Part shown: positions 51,928 through 62,134 of the stretch, one piece after another | How the letters are laid out: the number at the start of each line of letters is the position of its first letter | Position numbering within the stretch: position 1 is the stretch's first letter | Assembly: GCA_044220955.1 (NCBI GenBank) | Contig: JBGAQA010000019.1 | Coordinates: 1 to 64,000 of the forward strand | DNA: 64,000 nt | From: Sandaracinaceae bacterium | Lineage (GTDB): Bacteria; Myxococcota_A; Polyangia; Polyangiales; Sandaracinaceae | Direction: 5' to 3' | Notes under the pieces: model-generated | What the model was told of the DNA's origin: nothing | The model's input: only the letters and a program-made list of their open reading frames with translations | Database searches by the model: none | Program-made: the position numbers and the translations under genes

Positions 51928-52931
51928 GGCCGGCGCGGGGTCGCCAGCCGAAGCGTCCCCGCGTGCTCGCGGAGGTGCCTCCCGGCTACGACCCGAACGC
52001 GGTCGTCCTGACCTTCGCGGTCCCGAACGAGCTCGACGGGCAGCGGCTCGACCGGTTCCTCTCCTGGCGGATCCCACGCCTCTCGCGCTCTCGCGCGGCC
52101 GAGATCGTCAGTGCCTGCTGCGTCTTGCCCGACGGGACGCGCCGAACGCCCGCGGAGCGCGCCTGGGCAGGCGAGACCGTCATGCTGGTGCGCGAGAAGT
52201 TCGTCGAGCCCGACGCCCCGCGCGCGTTCGGCATCCTCTTCTCGGACGAGGCCGTCGTGGTCGTCGACAAGCCCGCCGGCCTGCCGGTCCACCCGTCGGC
52301 GACCTACCACCACAACACCCTCACGAGCCTGCTCACCCGGCGCTTCGGCGCGAGCGCCCCGCAGATCGCCCACCGCCTCGACAAGGAGACGAGCGGCATC
52401 GTCGTCTGCGCCCTCCCGGGCCCCGACGAGGCGCGAGTCAAGCGCCAGTTCGAGCTGCGCGAGGTGCACAAGGAGTACCTGGCGATCGTGCGCGGCGCGA
52501 TGCCCGAGGACGCGGGCGTGATCGACCGGCCGATGCGGCGCGCGACCGCGGGCCTGCACAACATGATGGAGACCTGCGACGACGGCCTGCCGGCCACGAC
52601 GCGATACCGCGTCATCGAGCGCAAGACGAGCGCGACGCTCGTGCACCTCTTCCCCGAGACGGGGCGCCAGCACCAGCTCCGCGTGCACCTGTCCGCGATC
52701 GGACACCCCATCGTGGGCGACAAGCTCTACGGACCCGAGCGCGAGGCCGTGTTCCTCGAGATCATCGAGCGCGGAGGACTCGACGACGCGCTGCGGGCGC
52801 GCCTCGGTCACGCGCGGCACGCGCTCCACGCACATCGCGTCTCGCTGCGGCACCCACGCACGGACGCGCCGCTCGAGGTCAGCTCACCCCTGCCCGAGGA
52901 CCTGACCGCCCTCTGGGCGAGCCTGACCTGA
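51924..52931 (+). CDS. RluA/RluD-family pseudouridine synthase
   Basis: S4-like RLDRFL, DKPAGLPVHP, HRLDKETSG, TGRQHQLRVH, GHPIVGDKLYG. Start uncertain. Confidence 0.93.
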   Translation: MRPARGRQPKRPRVLAEVPPGYDPNAVVLTFAVPNELDGQRLDRFLSWRIPRLSRSRAAEIVSACCVLPDGTRRTPAERAWAGETVMLVREKFVEPDAPRAFGILFSDEAVVVVDKPAGLPVHPSATYHHNTLTSLLTRRFGASAPQIAHRLDKETSGIVVCALPGPDEARVKRQFELREVHKEYLAIVRGAMPEDAGVIDRPMRRATAGLHNMMETCDDGLPATTRYRVIERKTSATLVHLFPETGRQHQLRVHLSAIGHPIVGDKLYGPEREAVFLEIIERGGLDDALRARLGHARHALHAHRVSLRHPRTDAPLEVSSPLPEDLTALWASLT

Positions 52932-52969
52932 GTCGACCCGAGGACGAAGGACGCTCCGAGGCGAGGCGT

Positions 52970-53611
<642 letters not shown>

Positions 53612-53657
53612 CGTCGCCGTTATGCTGGTTGCGCGCGAAGAGCGCAACGTTCGCGCC

Positions 53658-54959
53658 TCAGTCGCAGGGGAAGTGTCGGAGGGCGGCGATCTCGCGGCGC
53701 AGCTCGCCGCGGGCATCGGGTTGCGCGATCGAGATGAGCAGATCCGCGCGCTGCCGGAGGTTCTTCCCGTGCAGGTTCACCGCGCCGTGCTCGGTCACCA
53801 CCCAGTGCACGTGGCCGCGCGTCGTCACCACGCCGGCGCCCGGCTTCAGGGTCGTGACGATGCGCGAGAACCTGCCCCCGCCCGCCATCGACGGGAGCGC
53901 GATGATGGGCTTACCCCCCTTCGAGATCGCGGCCCCCCGGATGAAGTCCATCTGGCCGCCGATGCCGGAGTAGATGCGGTGTCCTATCGAGTCCGCGCAG
54001 ACCTGCCCGCTCAGGTCGATCTCGAGCGCGGAGTTGATCGCGGTGACCTTCGGGTTCTTGCGGATCAGGGCCGTGTCGTTCGTGCGATCGCAGGGGTGGA
54101 GCTCGACCGTCGGGTTGTCGTCGACGAAGTCGAACACGCGCTTGGTCCCCGCGACGAAGCTCGTGACGGTGCGCTGCGGGTGGACTTGCTTGTGGTCGTT
54201 CGTGACGTTCCCGTTCTCGAGCAGCGGGAGCAGGCCGTCCGAGAACATCTCCGTGTGGATCCCGAGGTCGTGCTTGTTCCCGAGCCGCGCGAGCACGGCG
54301 TCGGGGATCGCTCCGATCCCCATCTGCAGCGTCGCGCCGTCCTCCACCAGATCCGCGACGATCGCCCCGATGCTGTGCTCGACCGGCGTCTGCTCCCCGG
54401 GAGGCATCTCGAAGAGCGGTCGATCGGTGCACGTGAACGCGGTGACGCGAGAGAGCGGGAACGCCGCGTTGCCGTGAGTGCGCGGCATCCGGTCGTTGAT
54501 CTCGGCGAGCACCACGCGCGCGTGGTCGGCGGCAGCGCGGGCCGTGTCGACGGAGACGCCGAGGCTGCACATGCCGTGCTTGTCCGGCGGCGAGAGCTGG
54601 AGCAGCGCCACGTCCAAGGGCACGGCGCCGCTCGCGAAGAGCTGCGGGATGTCGGACAGGAAGATCGGCACGAAGTCGGCTCGGCCCTCCTCGACCGCCT
54701 TGCGCAGCCCCGGCCCGGTGAACAGGGAGTTCGAGAAGAACCGCCTCTGCCTGGAGGGGTCCGCGAAGGAGGCGGGCCCCGAAGTGTGCAGATGGAAGAG
54801 CTCGACGCCCTCGAGATCCTCCCGCGCGCAGAGCGCCTCGACGAGCGGGCCTGGCGTCGCACAGCCTCCGTGCACGAAGACCTTCTGGCCCGACGCGACG
54901 TGGCGAACCACGTCGCCCGGAGAAACTGCCCGTGAACGCCACCCGCGATCGATCACCAT
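53658..54959 (-). CDS. Acetyl-CoA hydrolase / 4-hydroxybutyrate CoA-transferase family
   Basis: TLQMGIGAIP, IHTEMFSDG, SGIGGQMDF, VVTEHG. Confidence 0.93.
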   Translation of the reverse strand: MVIDRGWRSRAVSPGDVVRHVASGQKVFVHGGCATPGPLVEALCAREDLEGVELFHLHTSGPASFADPSRQRRFFSNSLFTGPGLRKAVEEGRADFVPIFLSDIPQLFASGAVPLDVALLQLSPPDKHGMCSLGVSVDTARAAADHARVVLAEINDRMPRTHGNAAFPLSRVTAFTCTDRPLFEMPPGEQTPVEHSIGAIVADLVEDGATLQMGIGAIPDAVLARLGNKHDLGIHTEMFSDGLLPLLENGNVTNDHKQVHPQRTVTSFVAGTKRVFDFVDDNPTVELHPCDRTNDTALIRKNPKVTAINSALEIDLSGQVCADSIGHRIYSGIGGQMDFIRGAAISKGGKPIIALPSMAGGGRFSRIVTTLKPGAGVVTTRGHVHWVVTEHGAVNLHGKNLRQRADLLISIAQPDARGELRREIAALRHFPCD

Positions 54960-55008
54960 GGGTGCATCCTACTCACGCCGCGCAGACGCTCCAGAGGCGC
55001 TCTGCCCC

Positions 55009-55890
55009 TCATGCGCTCGGGCGCGCCGCCGCGGCCCGCGCCACGAGCCCGTCGTCCTCCAGCTCGTCGGCCATCGCCCGGAGCCGCGCCGGATCGGCTC
55101 CGCGCCACGCGAGATCCCCCGCGCGCTCGGCGATCGGCACGTCCCTCCGGAGCGTCGCCAGCGTGCGGTAGAGGGCGGCGTCCGCCCGGCGGCCGGCGAG
55201 CGAGGCGGCGAGGGCCTCGGCGCCTCGCACCTTCACCGCCCAGGCCTTCGCGTCGTCGGGGATCGCCTCGAGCTTCTCGTACACGCCGAGCACCGCGCTC
55301 GCGCTCTTCTCGCCCCAGCGCGGGATCCCCGGGATGCCGTCCGCCGTGTCCCCCACCAGGGCCAGCCAGTCCGGCACCGACCCGGGCGCGATGCCGAGCT
55401 TCTCCTTGAGCCCCGGCTCGTCCAGCACGGTCTGCCGCATGCGGTCGAGCCGCACGATCTTCTGGCGGCGCAGGCACTGTGCGAGATCCTTGTCGGGCGA
55501 GCACAGCACGACCTGCTCGACCGCGGCGTCCTCGGCGTAGCGCACCGCCCCGGTCGCGAGGGCGTCGTCGGCCTCGAACTCGATCATCGGCCAGACGACC
55601 ACGCCGAGCGCCTCGCAGGCGCGCTCGACGATCGGGAACTGCGACTTCAGCGCGTCCTCGATCCCGTCGCCCGTCTTGTAGCCGGCGAAGAGGCGGTTGC
55701 GGAACGACTCGATGACCGTGTCGAACGCGATCGCCAGGTGCGTGCCGCCCTGGTTCGTCAAGAGGTGCAAGAGCGTGCGCAGCACGCCGCGCGTGGCGCC
55801 GACCTCCTGGCCCGATCGGGTTCGCGCGGGCGGCGCGCCGTAGTACGCGCGGAACAGCTCGTACGTCCCGTCGACGAGGTGAACTTTCAT
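55009..55890 (-). CDS. Standalone 5'-3' exonuclease / flap endonuclease
   Basis: LVDGTYELFRAY, YK, FEADD, DKDL, LVGDTADGIPGIP. Confidence 0.92.
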   Translation of the reverse strand: MKVHLVDGTYELFRAYYGAPPARTRSGQEVGATRGVLRTLLHLLTNQGGTHLAIAFDTVIESFRNRLFAGYKTGDGIEDALKSQFPIVERACEALGVVVWPMIEFEADDALATGAVRYAEDAAVEQVVLCSPDKDLAQCLRRQKIVRLDRMRQTVLDEPGLKEKLGIAPGSVPDWLALVGDTADGIPGIPRWGEKSASAVLGVYEKLEAIPDDAKAWAVKVRGAEALAASLAGRRADAALYRTLATLRRDVPIAERAGDLAWRGADPARLRAMADELEDDGLVARAAAARPSA

Positions 55891-55920
55891 CTGCTCGACC
55901 GTCCCGATGCCGATCTCGGC

Positions 55921-57168
55921 TCAGCTCCGGCGCGGCTCGCCGACGTGCGTCTTCTCGGAGTGGATGGGATCGTTCGGGTCGACGTCCTTCCTCGACGTGA
56001 TGCGCCCGCCGCCCGCCGTCTTCTGCTTGGGGTCGAAGATCTCCGTCTTGGCCGCGTGCACGGGCGGCGCCTCGGACTCCCCGTCGCCGCCCTCGACGCT
56101 CGAGCTCTTGGTGGGGCTGGGCGAGAAGCGCGAGAACGGCGCGTCCGGACCTAGCGCGCTCGCGATCAGGTTCTTGCCGAAGTCGCCCTGCACCGGCGCG
56201 GCGTCGATGACGTAGTCCTCCATCGCGCGCAGCTCCTTCTCGATGTCGTCGGTGAACGCGCGCTTCATGAACTGCGCGAGCTTGTTCCGGCGGTAGCTCG
56301 GGTTGAAGCCGCGCAGGAACGTCAGCAGCGCGTTGCGGAACTCGAGCGCGCTCTGGTAGCGAGCGGAGCGCGAGCGAGCCATCGCCTTCTCGATGATGGC
56401 CGCGAGCTCCGGAGGCACCTGCGGGTTGAGCTTCTGCGCAGGCACGGGCGCCGCCTCGCGCACCGTGAAGATCAGATCGATCTCGTTCGGCGCGACGAAG
56501 GGCGCCTCGCCCGTGCAGAGCTCGTAGAGCACGCTGCCCGCGGAGAACACGTCGCTGCGCCAGTCGAGCTTGCGGCCGAAGGCCTGCTCGGGCGACATGT
56601 ACTTCACCTTGCCCTTGATGATCCCCGTCTTGGTCTGGATGCGGTTGTGCGTGGCCTTGGCGATGCCGAAGTCGCAGAGCTTCACGACCCCGTCGTAGCC
56701 GAGCAGCACGTTCGACGGGCTGAAGTCGCGGTGCACGATCCGGAGCGGCTCGCCGCTCATGTCGCGGCAGACGTGCGCGTGGTGCAGGCCCTCGAGGCTG
56801 CGCGCGACGATGTAGACGATGTCGTCGAGCGGGAGCTTCACGCCGAGCTCCTTGGCGCGCTCCATCGTCGTGCGCAGATCCTTGCCGTCGACGTACTCCA
56901 TCGAGATGAGGAGCGACTCGTCGACCTCGGTCAGCTCGTAGACCTCGGCGATGTTGGGGTGTTTCAGGTAGCTGACCAGCTTGAACTCGTCGGTGAGCAT
57001 GTCGACGAACGAGCGGTCCTCGCGGAAGTGGGGGAGCAGGCGCTTGATGGCGACGTCGCGCTTGTGGCCGTCGTCCTCGAACGTGATCGCGCGAAAGAGC
57101 TCGGCCATGCCGCCGAACGCGATGCGGTACGTGAGGTGGTAGCGTCCGAGACGACGGGTGCGGCGCAC
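55921..57168 (-). CDS. Cytoplasmic Ser/Thr protein kinase
   Basis: GGMAEL, VAIK, HRDFSPSN, DFG, YMSPEQ; no TM helix. Confidence 0.94.
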   Translation of the reverse strand: MRRTRRLGRYHLTYRIAFGGMAELFRAITFEDDGHKRDVAIKRLLPHFREDRSFVDMLTDEFKLVSYLKHPNIAEVYELTEVDESLLISMEYVDGKDLRTTMERAKELGVKLPLDDIVYIVARSLEGLHHAHVCRDMSGEPLRIVHRDFSPSNVLLGYDGVVKLCDFGIAKATHNRIQTKTGIIKGKVKYMSPEQAFGRKLDWRSDVFSAGSVLYELCTGEAPFVAPNEIDLIFTVREAAPVPAQKLNPQVPPELAAIIEKAMARSRSARYQSALEFRNALLTFLRGFNPSYRRNKLAQFMKRAFTDDIEKELRAMEDYVIDAAPVQGDFGKNLIASALGPDAPFSRFSPSPTKSSSVEGGDGESEAPPVHAAKTEIFDPKQKTAGGGRITSRKDVDPNDPIHSEKTHVGEPRRS

Positions 57169-57228
57169 TGCGGCCAGTAGCGTAGGGCCAGCGGCCGGCC
57201 GATGGGAAGACGGCTTCGCGCGTGCGAG

Positions 57229-57756
57229 CTACTCCGATCCGAGCACGACCAGCCCTTCGAGCACGAGCTCGGAGACGATGCGCAGCGCGTCGAGCGGCGC
57301 GAGGTGGCCGGACTCGACGAGCTGCGCGACGCTCGTCACGCCGTCCATCGAGCCCATCAGCGCGCGGGCGCGGGCGTCGATGTACGGCAAGGGCGCGCCC
57401 TGCCGCGGCCTCACGGGGCGGGGGATGCGCTCGAGCGCCCCGATCCGCGCCTGGTAGAGCTTGCGCAGCTCGCGCGCCGCGATCTCCGAGGTCTGGCGCG
57501 CGTCGGCGTCGCCGGGGTCGGCGCGGAGCACCGCCTCGGCGGCGATGCGAGCCCCCTCGTAGTCGCTGCGCACCAGCATCTCCAGCATCGTGTCGAGCTG
57601 GTAGACCTTCGAGCTGGGTAGCTGCGGCGGCATCGTGGACGGGCTGCGTCGGTCGGCGCCCGGTCGCGCGGCGGGGGGCAGCGGCTCCGGGCTGGTCCAC
57701 GACTCGCGCACCGGCTCCCAGGGGCCCGTCTCGGACGCGTCCTTCGGCTCGCTCAC
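57229..57756 (-). CDS. Hypothetical protein (TPR-like helix plus C-terminal winged-helix-like segment)
   Basis: MDGVTSVAQLVESGHL..ALRIVSELVLEGLV. Confidence 0.65.
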   Translation of the reverse strand: MSEPKDASETGPWEPVRESWTSPEPLPPAARPGADRRSPSTMPPQLPSSKVYQLDTMLEMLVRSDYEGARIAAEAVLRADPGDADARQTSEIAARELRKLYQARIGALERIPRPVRPRQGAPLPYIDARARALMGSMDGVTSVAQLVESGHLAPLDALRIVSELVLEGLVVLGSE

Positions 57757-57770
57757 GCGTGACAGGGTAG

Positions 57771-58010
57771 CCGCGGTCGGCCGCGCGCTTCCAGCGAGGC
57801 GAGGTGGGCGCGGGGACGTACGGCGCGAACTGCCGCATGACGCCGGTCGAGGTCGAGACGGCCGCCGACGCGCTCACCTCGGACCGCGCGTGTGGCCTCC
57901 TGATGTGGCAGTCCGACGCGACGTACTTCGGCGACGCCGCGCACGTCGCCGCCTTCACGCGCGCCGCCGCGACGCTCGGCGCACGCACGCCCGACTGCCG
58001 CGTGCGCTGA
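57771..58010 (+). pseudogene. Short ORF or 3' gene remnant of unknown family
   Basis: Coding-like codon usage (..CRMTPVEVE..ACGLLMWQSDATYFG..); upstream in-frame TAG at 57768. Confidence 0.35.
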
Positions 58011-58029
58011 ACCGTGGCAGAGAGCGCGC

Positions 58030-58875
58030 ATGGCCGACGACACGAGGTTCATCCAGGCGAACGGTCTGCGCTTCGCGTTCGTCGAGTCAGGCCCTGCGGA
58101 CGGGCCGCTCGCGCTCTTCGTGCACGGCTTCCCCGACACGCCGAAGACCTGGGAGCACGCCCTGCCCGTCGCGGCCGAGCTGGGCTTCCACGCCGTCGCG
58201 CCCTTCACGCGCGGCTACGCGCCGACCGAGATCCCGAAGGAGGATGACTTCGGCTCGGACACGCTCGGCCGCGACGTGCTCGCCCTCGCCACCGCCCTCG
58301 GCGCGAAGGACTTCGTGCTCGTGGGGCACGACTGGGGCGCGAGCGCCGCGTACTCGGCGGCGGGCCTCGCGGGCGAGCGGATCCGTCTGCTCGTGACCGT
58401 GGGCCTGCCCCACCCGGCGAGCATCGCGGCGACCCCGAGCCTGATCTGGACCGTGCGGCACTTCTTCACGCTGCGACCGCGCGGCAAGGCGGCGCGGATG
58501 CGCGCGGACGGGATGAAGCTCCTCGACGAGCTCGTCCAGCGCTGGTCCCCGGCCTGGAAGGTGCCGCCCGGCGAGACGGACGCGGTGAAGCGCTCGCTCG
58601 GCGCCCCGGGCTCGCTCGAGGCCGCGCTCGGCTACTACCGCGCGATCTCGCCGGCCACGCCCGCGGGACAGAAGCGGCGCGTCACGTGCCCCTCGGTCGC
58701 GTTCGCGGGAACCGACGACAACGTGCCCGTGTCGGCGTACGAGCGAGCGCGTCGGCGGTTCACGGGCCGCTACGACGTCGTGACCATGCCCGGCGGCCAC
58801 TTCATGCACCGCGAGCACCCGGACGTGTTCGCGCGCGAGCTCGAGAAGGTGCTCGCGCCCTACGCCCCGGCCTGA
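58030..58875 (+). CDS. Alpha/beta hydrolase (epoxide hydrolase-like)
   Basis: HGFPD, RGY, GHDWGA, GHFMHREHP. Confidence 0.92.
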   Translation: MADDTRFIQANGLRFAFVESGPADGPLALFVHGFPDTPKTWEHALPVAAELGFHAVAPFTRGYAPTEIPKEDDFGSDTLGRDVLALATALGAKDFVLVGHDWGASAAYSAAGLAGERIRLLVTVGLPHPASIAATPSLIWTVRHFFTLRPRGKAARMRADGMKLLDELVQRWSPAWKVPPGETDAVKRSLGAPGSLEAALGYYRAISPATPAGQKRRVTCPSVAFAGTDDNVPVSAYERARRRFTGRYDVVTMPGGHFMHREHPDVFARELEKVLAPYAPA

Positions 58876-59654
58876 GCGAGCGACGCCCGCACCTCGGCCG
58901 CGCGAGGCCAAGGGCCGCGGTGCTCGCGATAGAGGTCTCGCACCCACGCGAGCGCGGGCCTTTCTCGCCAGGGCGCCACGAGCTCGGCGATGCCCGCCCG
59001 GTAGGGCGCGCTCGCGTAGACCGGGTGCTCGTCCGGCGTGGCGAGCGGCGCGAGCAGGGCCGCCGCCGTCACGTCCGCGATCGTCAGCCGCTCGCCGACG
59101 AGGTGGCGCCCGTCCGCGGTCCGCCGCTCGATCACGTCGAACGCCTGCTCGATCGCCGCCCGCGACGAGCGCACGCGCTCGGGGCGGGTGTCCAGGCGGC
59201 GGCGGAAGAGGGCCCGCGCGAGCGGGAACCCGGCGCGCACGGCCCGGCGCTGCATCGGTGTCGCGTCGATCGTCCACAGGCGCACGACCGCGTCCGCGTC
59301 CGGCAGCACGTGGTCGTAGGCGACGCGGATCACGTGGCTCCCGACCGCGTCGAACTCGTCCTCGAGCGCGAGCGCCTCGGCGCGAGCGGCCGGCTCCGAC
59401 GGCAGGAGCGAGAGCGGCCCGCGGTTCGTGTCGAGCCAGTGCACGATGCGCGTGCTGTCCTGCACCCGGCGCCCCGCCGCCTCGATGACGGGGACCGTCG
59501 TCGCGCCCCCGCTCCGTCGCGCCGCCACGACGTGGAACGGGGGCGTCCACGGGATCTCGACGAACGGGATCTTCTCGACCCCGAGCACCCAGCGGATCTT
59601 CTCGCTGAAGTGCGAGATGGAGAACGTGTAGAGGCGCAGCGGCTCGCTCGTCAC
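58860..59654 (-). CDS. Glutathione S-transferase family protein
   Basis: ISHFSEKIRW, TVPVI, QDSTRI, GERLTIAD. Confidence 0.88.
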   Translation of the reverse strand: MTSEPLRLYTFSISHFSEKIRWVLGVEKIPFVEIPWTPPFHVVAARRSGGATTVPVIEAAGRRVQDSTRIVHWLDTNRGPLSLLPSEPAARAEALALEDEFDAVGSHVIRVAYDHVLPDADAVVRLWTIDATPMQRRAVRAGFPLARALFRRRLDTRPERVRSSRAAIEQAFDVIERRTADGRHLVGERLTIADVTAAALLAPLATPDEHPVYASAPYRAGIAELVAPWRERPALAWVRDLYREHRGPWPRAAEVRASLAQAGA

Positions 59655-59670
59655 CCGCGCGAGCGTGGCA

Positions 59671-60891
59671 TCACGGATGGGCCGGCGCGAGCCCGACGTA
59701 GCGCGCCCGAGGCCGCAGCGAGAAGCCGGCAGCGCGCTGCTCACGGACGTGCGCGATCCAGCCTGCCGTGCGGCCGATGGCCATGAGCGCCGCGGCGCCC
59801 CCGCGCTCCATCCTCAGGGCCCCGGCGACGGCGACGAGCCCGACCTCGATCGACGGAGGCTCGCCGCCCGAGAGCGCCATCGCATCGACGAACGCGCGCG
59901 CTTTGCGCACCGCGATGCTGCGCGGCGCCAGTGCCTCGGCGGCCTCGAGCATGGGCGCGGTGCGAGGGTCGCCGGCGGCGTAGAGCGGGTGGCCGAACGC
60001 GGGCACCGGATCACCCCGCCTGCGCCGATCGCGCAGGATCCGCGCGGCGTCCTCGGGCCCGCGCGCCTCGTCGAAGAGGGCCTCGACCCGATCGCAGGCC
60101 TTGCCGTGGCCCGTGCCCGCGATCGCCGCCAGTCCGGCGACGACGCACGCCGTGAGCTCGGACCCCGCCCCCGCCGCGACGCGCGCCGCGAACGTGCTCG
60201 CGTTCAGCTCGTGCTCGGCCATCAGCACGAGGGCGACGTCGATCGCCCGCCGCGCCGCGGGGCCGCCGCGAACGCCGAAGGCGAGCGCGACGGAGTCCGC
60301 CACGGTCCGCGCCGCGAGCGAGCGCGCCACGCGAGCCTCCGAGCGGGGGTGCACGGCCGCGAAGGCCGCGATCCGCCGCACCAGGCGCGCCGCGGCCGCG
60401 TCGTCCTCGGCCTGGTCGTGGCCGGCCGTGGCGCACGAGAGGACGCCCGTCAGCGCGAGCAGTCGATCGACGGGGTGCGCCTCGCTCGCGACGACGCGCA
60501 CGGCGGACCGGACGTCGATCCCGGCGTCCACGGGGGGCATTCGCGCGCGCTCGTCCCACACGCTGCTCCAGAGCCAGCGCGCGACCGTCTCGAAGCGCGC
60601 GCCCGTTCGCGCGAGGGCCGCTGCGCTCTTGCCGCGGTAGTGCAGATCGCCGCCGACGACGCTCGAGAGGGCGGTGTCGAGCACCGGCTCACCCCAGCGG
60701 AGCGCCCCGGCGGCCACGGCGGCGTGTCCCGACCGGGCGGCGCTGCGCGCCCGCAGGCGCTCGAGATCCTGCCGGCGGTACGCCCGATCCCGGCCGTCCC
60801 TCGCCACCGATCGGACAAGCCCGCGGCTGGCGTACGCGTAGAGCGTCTGGCGCTTCACGCCGAGCAGCGCCGCGGCCTCGGCGGCGCTCAT
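59671..60891 (-). CDS. HTH-fused citrate synthase-like protein
   Basis: MSAAEAAALLGVKRQTLYAYASRG HTH; EHELNASTFAARV, AFGHPLY..GDPR, GRTAGWIAH. Alternative start at 60951. Confidence 0.88.
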   Translation of the reverse strand: MSAAEAAALLGVKRQTLYAYASRGLVRSVARDGRDRAYRRQDLERLRARSAARSGHAAVAAGALRWGEPVLDTALSSVVGGDLHYRGKSAAALARTGARFETVARWLWSSVWDERARMPPVDAGIDVRSAVRVVASEAHPVDRLLALTGVLSCATAGHDQAEDDAAAARLVRRIAAFAAVHPRSEARVARSLAARTVADSVALAFGVRGGPAARRAIDVALVLMAEHELNASTFAARVAAGAGSELTACVVAGLAAIAGTGHGKACDRVEALFDEARGPEDAARILRDRRRRGDPVPAFGHPLYAAGDPRTAPMLEAAEALAPRSIAVRKARAFVDAMALSGGEPPSIEVGLVAVAGALRMERGGAAALMAIGRTAGWIAHVREQRAAGFSLRPRARYVGLAPAHP

Positions 60892-60962
60892 CCATGCATC
60901 GTCGATTGCATCACGTTGATTGATGGATGCAGGTTGATCAATGTGTTCCATGCATCACGTTT
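60892..60962. promoter_or_regulatory. AT-rich divergent control region with direct and inverted repeats
   Basis: TGCATCACGTT at 60907 and 60951; ATTGAT-N12-ATCAAT at 60919-60942. Confidence 0.6.
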
Positions 60963-61011
60963 CCCACGTCGCTCCCGTCATCACAAGCACGGGAGAGAGG
61001 AGACGGCAGAC

Positions 61012-62130
61012 ATGACGACGACGACGACCGGGACATCGGGCGCGACACGCCCGACGGGAGGCCTCGAGGGCGTGGTGGCGGCCGACACGCGCCTCTCGCA
61101 CGTCGACGGGGACCGAGGAGAGCTGATCATCGCCGGGCATCGCGTGGAGGCGCTCGCCGGGGTGCGCACGTTCGAGGAGACGCTCGCGCTCCTGAGGACG
61201 GGGGCGGTTCCCGACGGGGCGAGCGCTGCGGCGATCGCCGGTGCGCTCGGGGAGGCGCGCGCTCGCGCGTTCGCCGCCCTCGACCCGCGAGACCCCGCCC
61301 TCCGGTACGCCGACGGGATGGACGCCCTGCGCGCGCTCGTGGCCCGCGTCACGGTCGCGCCCGGCCGCGACGCCACCCTCGACCTGGTCGCGGCCGTCGC
61401 CGTCGCGGCCGCGGCGTGGCAGCGCGCGCGGGCGGGCGCGGCGCTCGTCCCGCCGGACGCCTCCGCAGGCCACGCGGCCGACGTGCTCCGGATGGCGACG
61501 GGGGTCGTCCCGACGGACGCGGCCACCCGCGCGCTCGAGCGCTACCTCGTGACGGTCTCGGACCACGGCATGAACGCCTCCACGTTCGCGGCGCGCGTCG
61601 TCGCCTCGACGGGCTCGGACGAGGTGTCGGCCGTCGTCGCCGCGATCGGCGCCCTCAAGGGGCCGCTGCACGGCGGCGCGCCCGGCCCCGTGCTCGACAT
61701 GCTCGATGCGGTCCGCTCTCCCGATCGTGCGCGGGAGTTCCTCACCGGCGAGCTCGATGCGGGGCGCCGCATCATGGGGATGGGACATCGCATCTACCGC
61801 GTCCGGGATCCGCGTGCGGCCGTCCTCGAGGCTGGCATCGAGCAGCTGGAGCGCGCGGGCGTCGCGACCGGGAAGCTCGCGCTCGCGCGCGCGGTCGAGC
61901 GCGAGGCCGCGGCGCTGCTCGCGGCACGGCACCCCGATCGAGCGCTCCGCGCGAACGTCGAGTTCTACACCGCGGTGATCCTCGATGCGGTCGGCATCGC
62001 TCGCGCCGCCTTCACCCCGACGTTCGCCGTCGGTCGCGTGGCGGGCTGGTGCGCCCACGTGCAGGAGCAGCGCCAGACCGGGCGGCTCATCCGCCCGGCG
62101 TCGCGCTACGTGGGACCGATGCCCGGCTGA
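61012..62130 (+). CDS. Citrate synthase / methylcitrate synthase family protein
   Basis: GLEGVVAA, DHGMNASTF, GPLHGGA, GMGHRIY..DPRA, NVEFY; GAGGAG RBS. Confidence 0.93.
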   Translation: MTTTTTGTSGATRPTGGLEGVVAADTRLSHVDGDRGELIIAGHRVEALAGVRTFEETLALLRTGAVPDGASAAAIAGALGEARARAFAALDPRDPALRYADGMDALRALVARVTVAPGRDATLDLVAAVAVAAAAWQRARAGAALVPPDASAGHAADVLRMATGVVPTDAATRALERYLVTVSDHGMNASTFAARVVASTGSDEVSAVVAAIGALKGPLHGGAPGPVLDMLDAVRSPDRAREFLTGELDAGRRIMGMGHRIYRVRDPRAAVLEAGIEQLERAGVATGKLALARAVEREAAALLAARHPDRALRANVEFYTAVILDAVGIARAAFTPTFAVGRVAGWCAHVQEQRQTGRLIRPASRYVGPMPG

Positions 62131-62134
62131 GCGG

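Noticed and set aside
54953..57988. 1011-aa minus-strand ORF
   Set aside because: Off-frame overlap of three well-supported genes.
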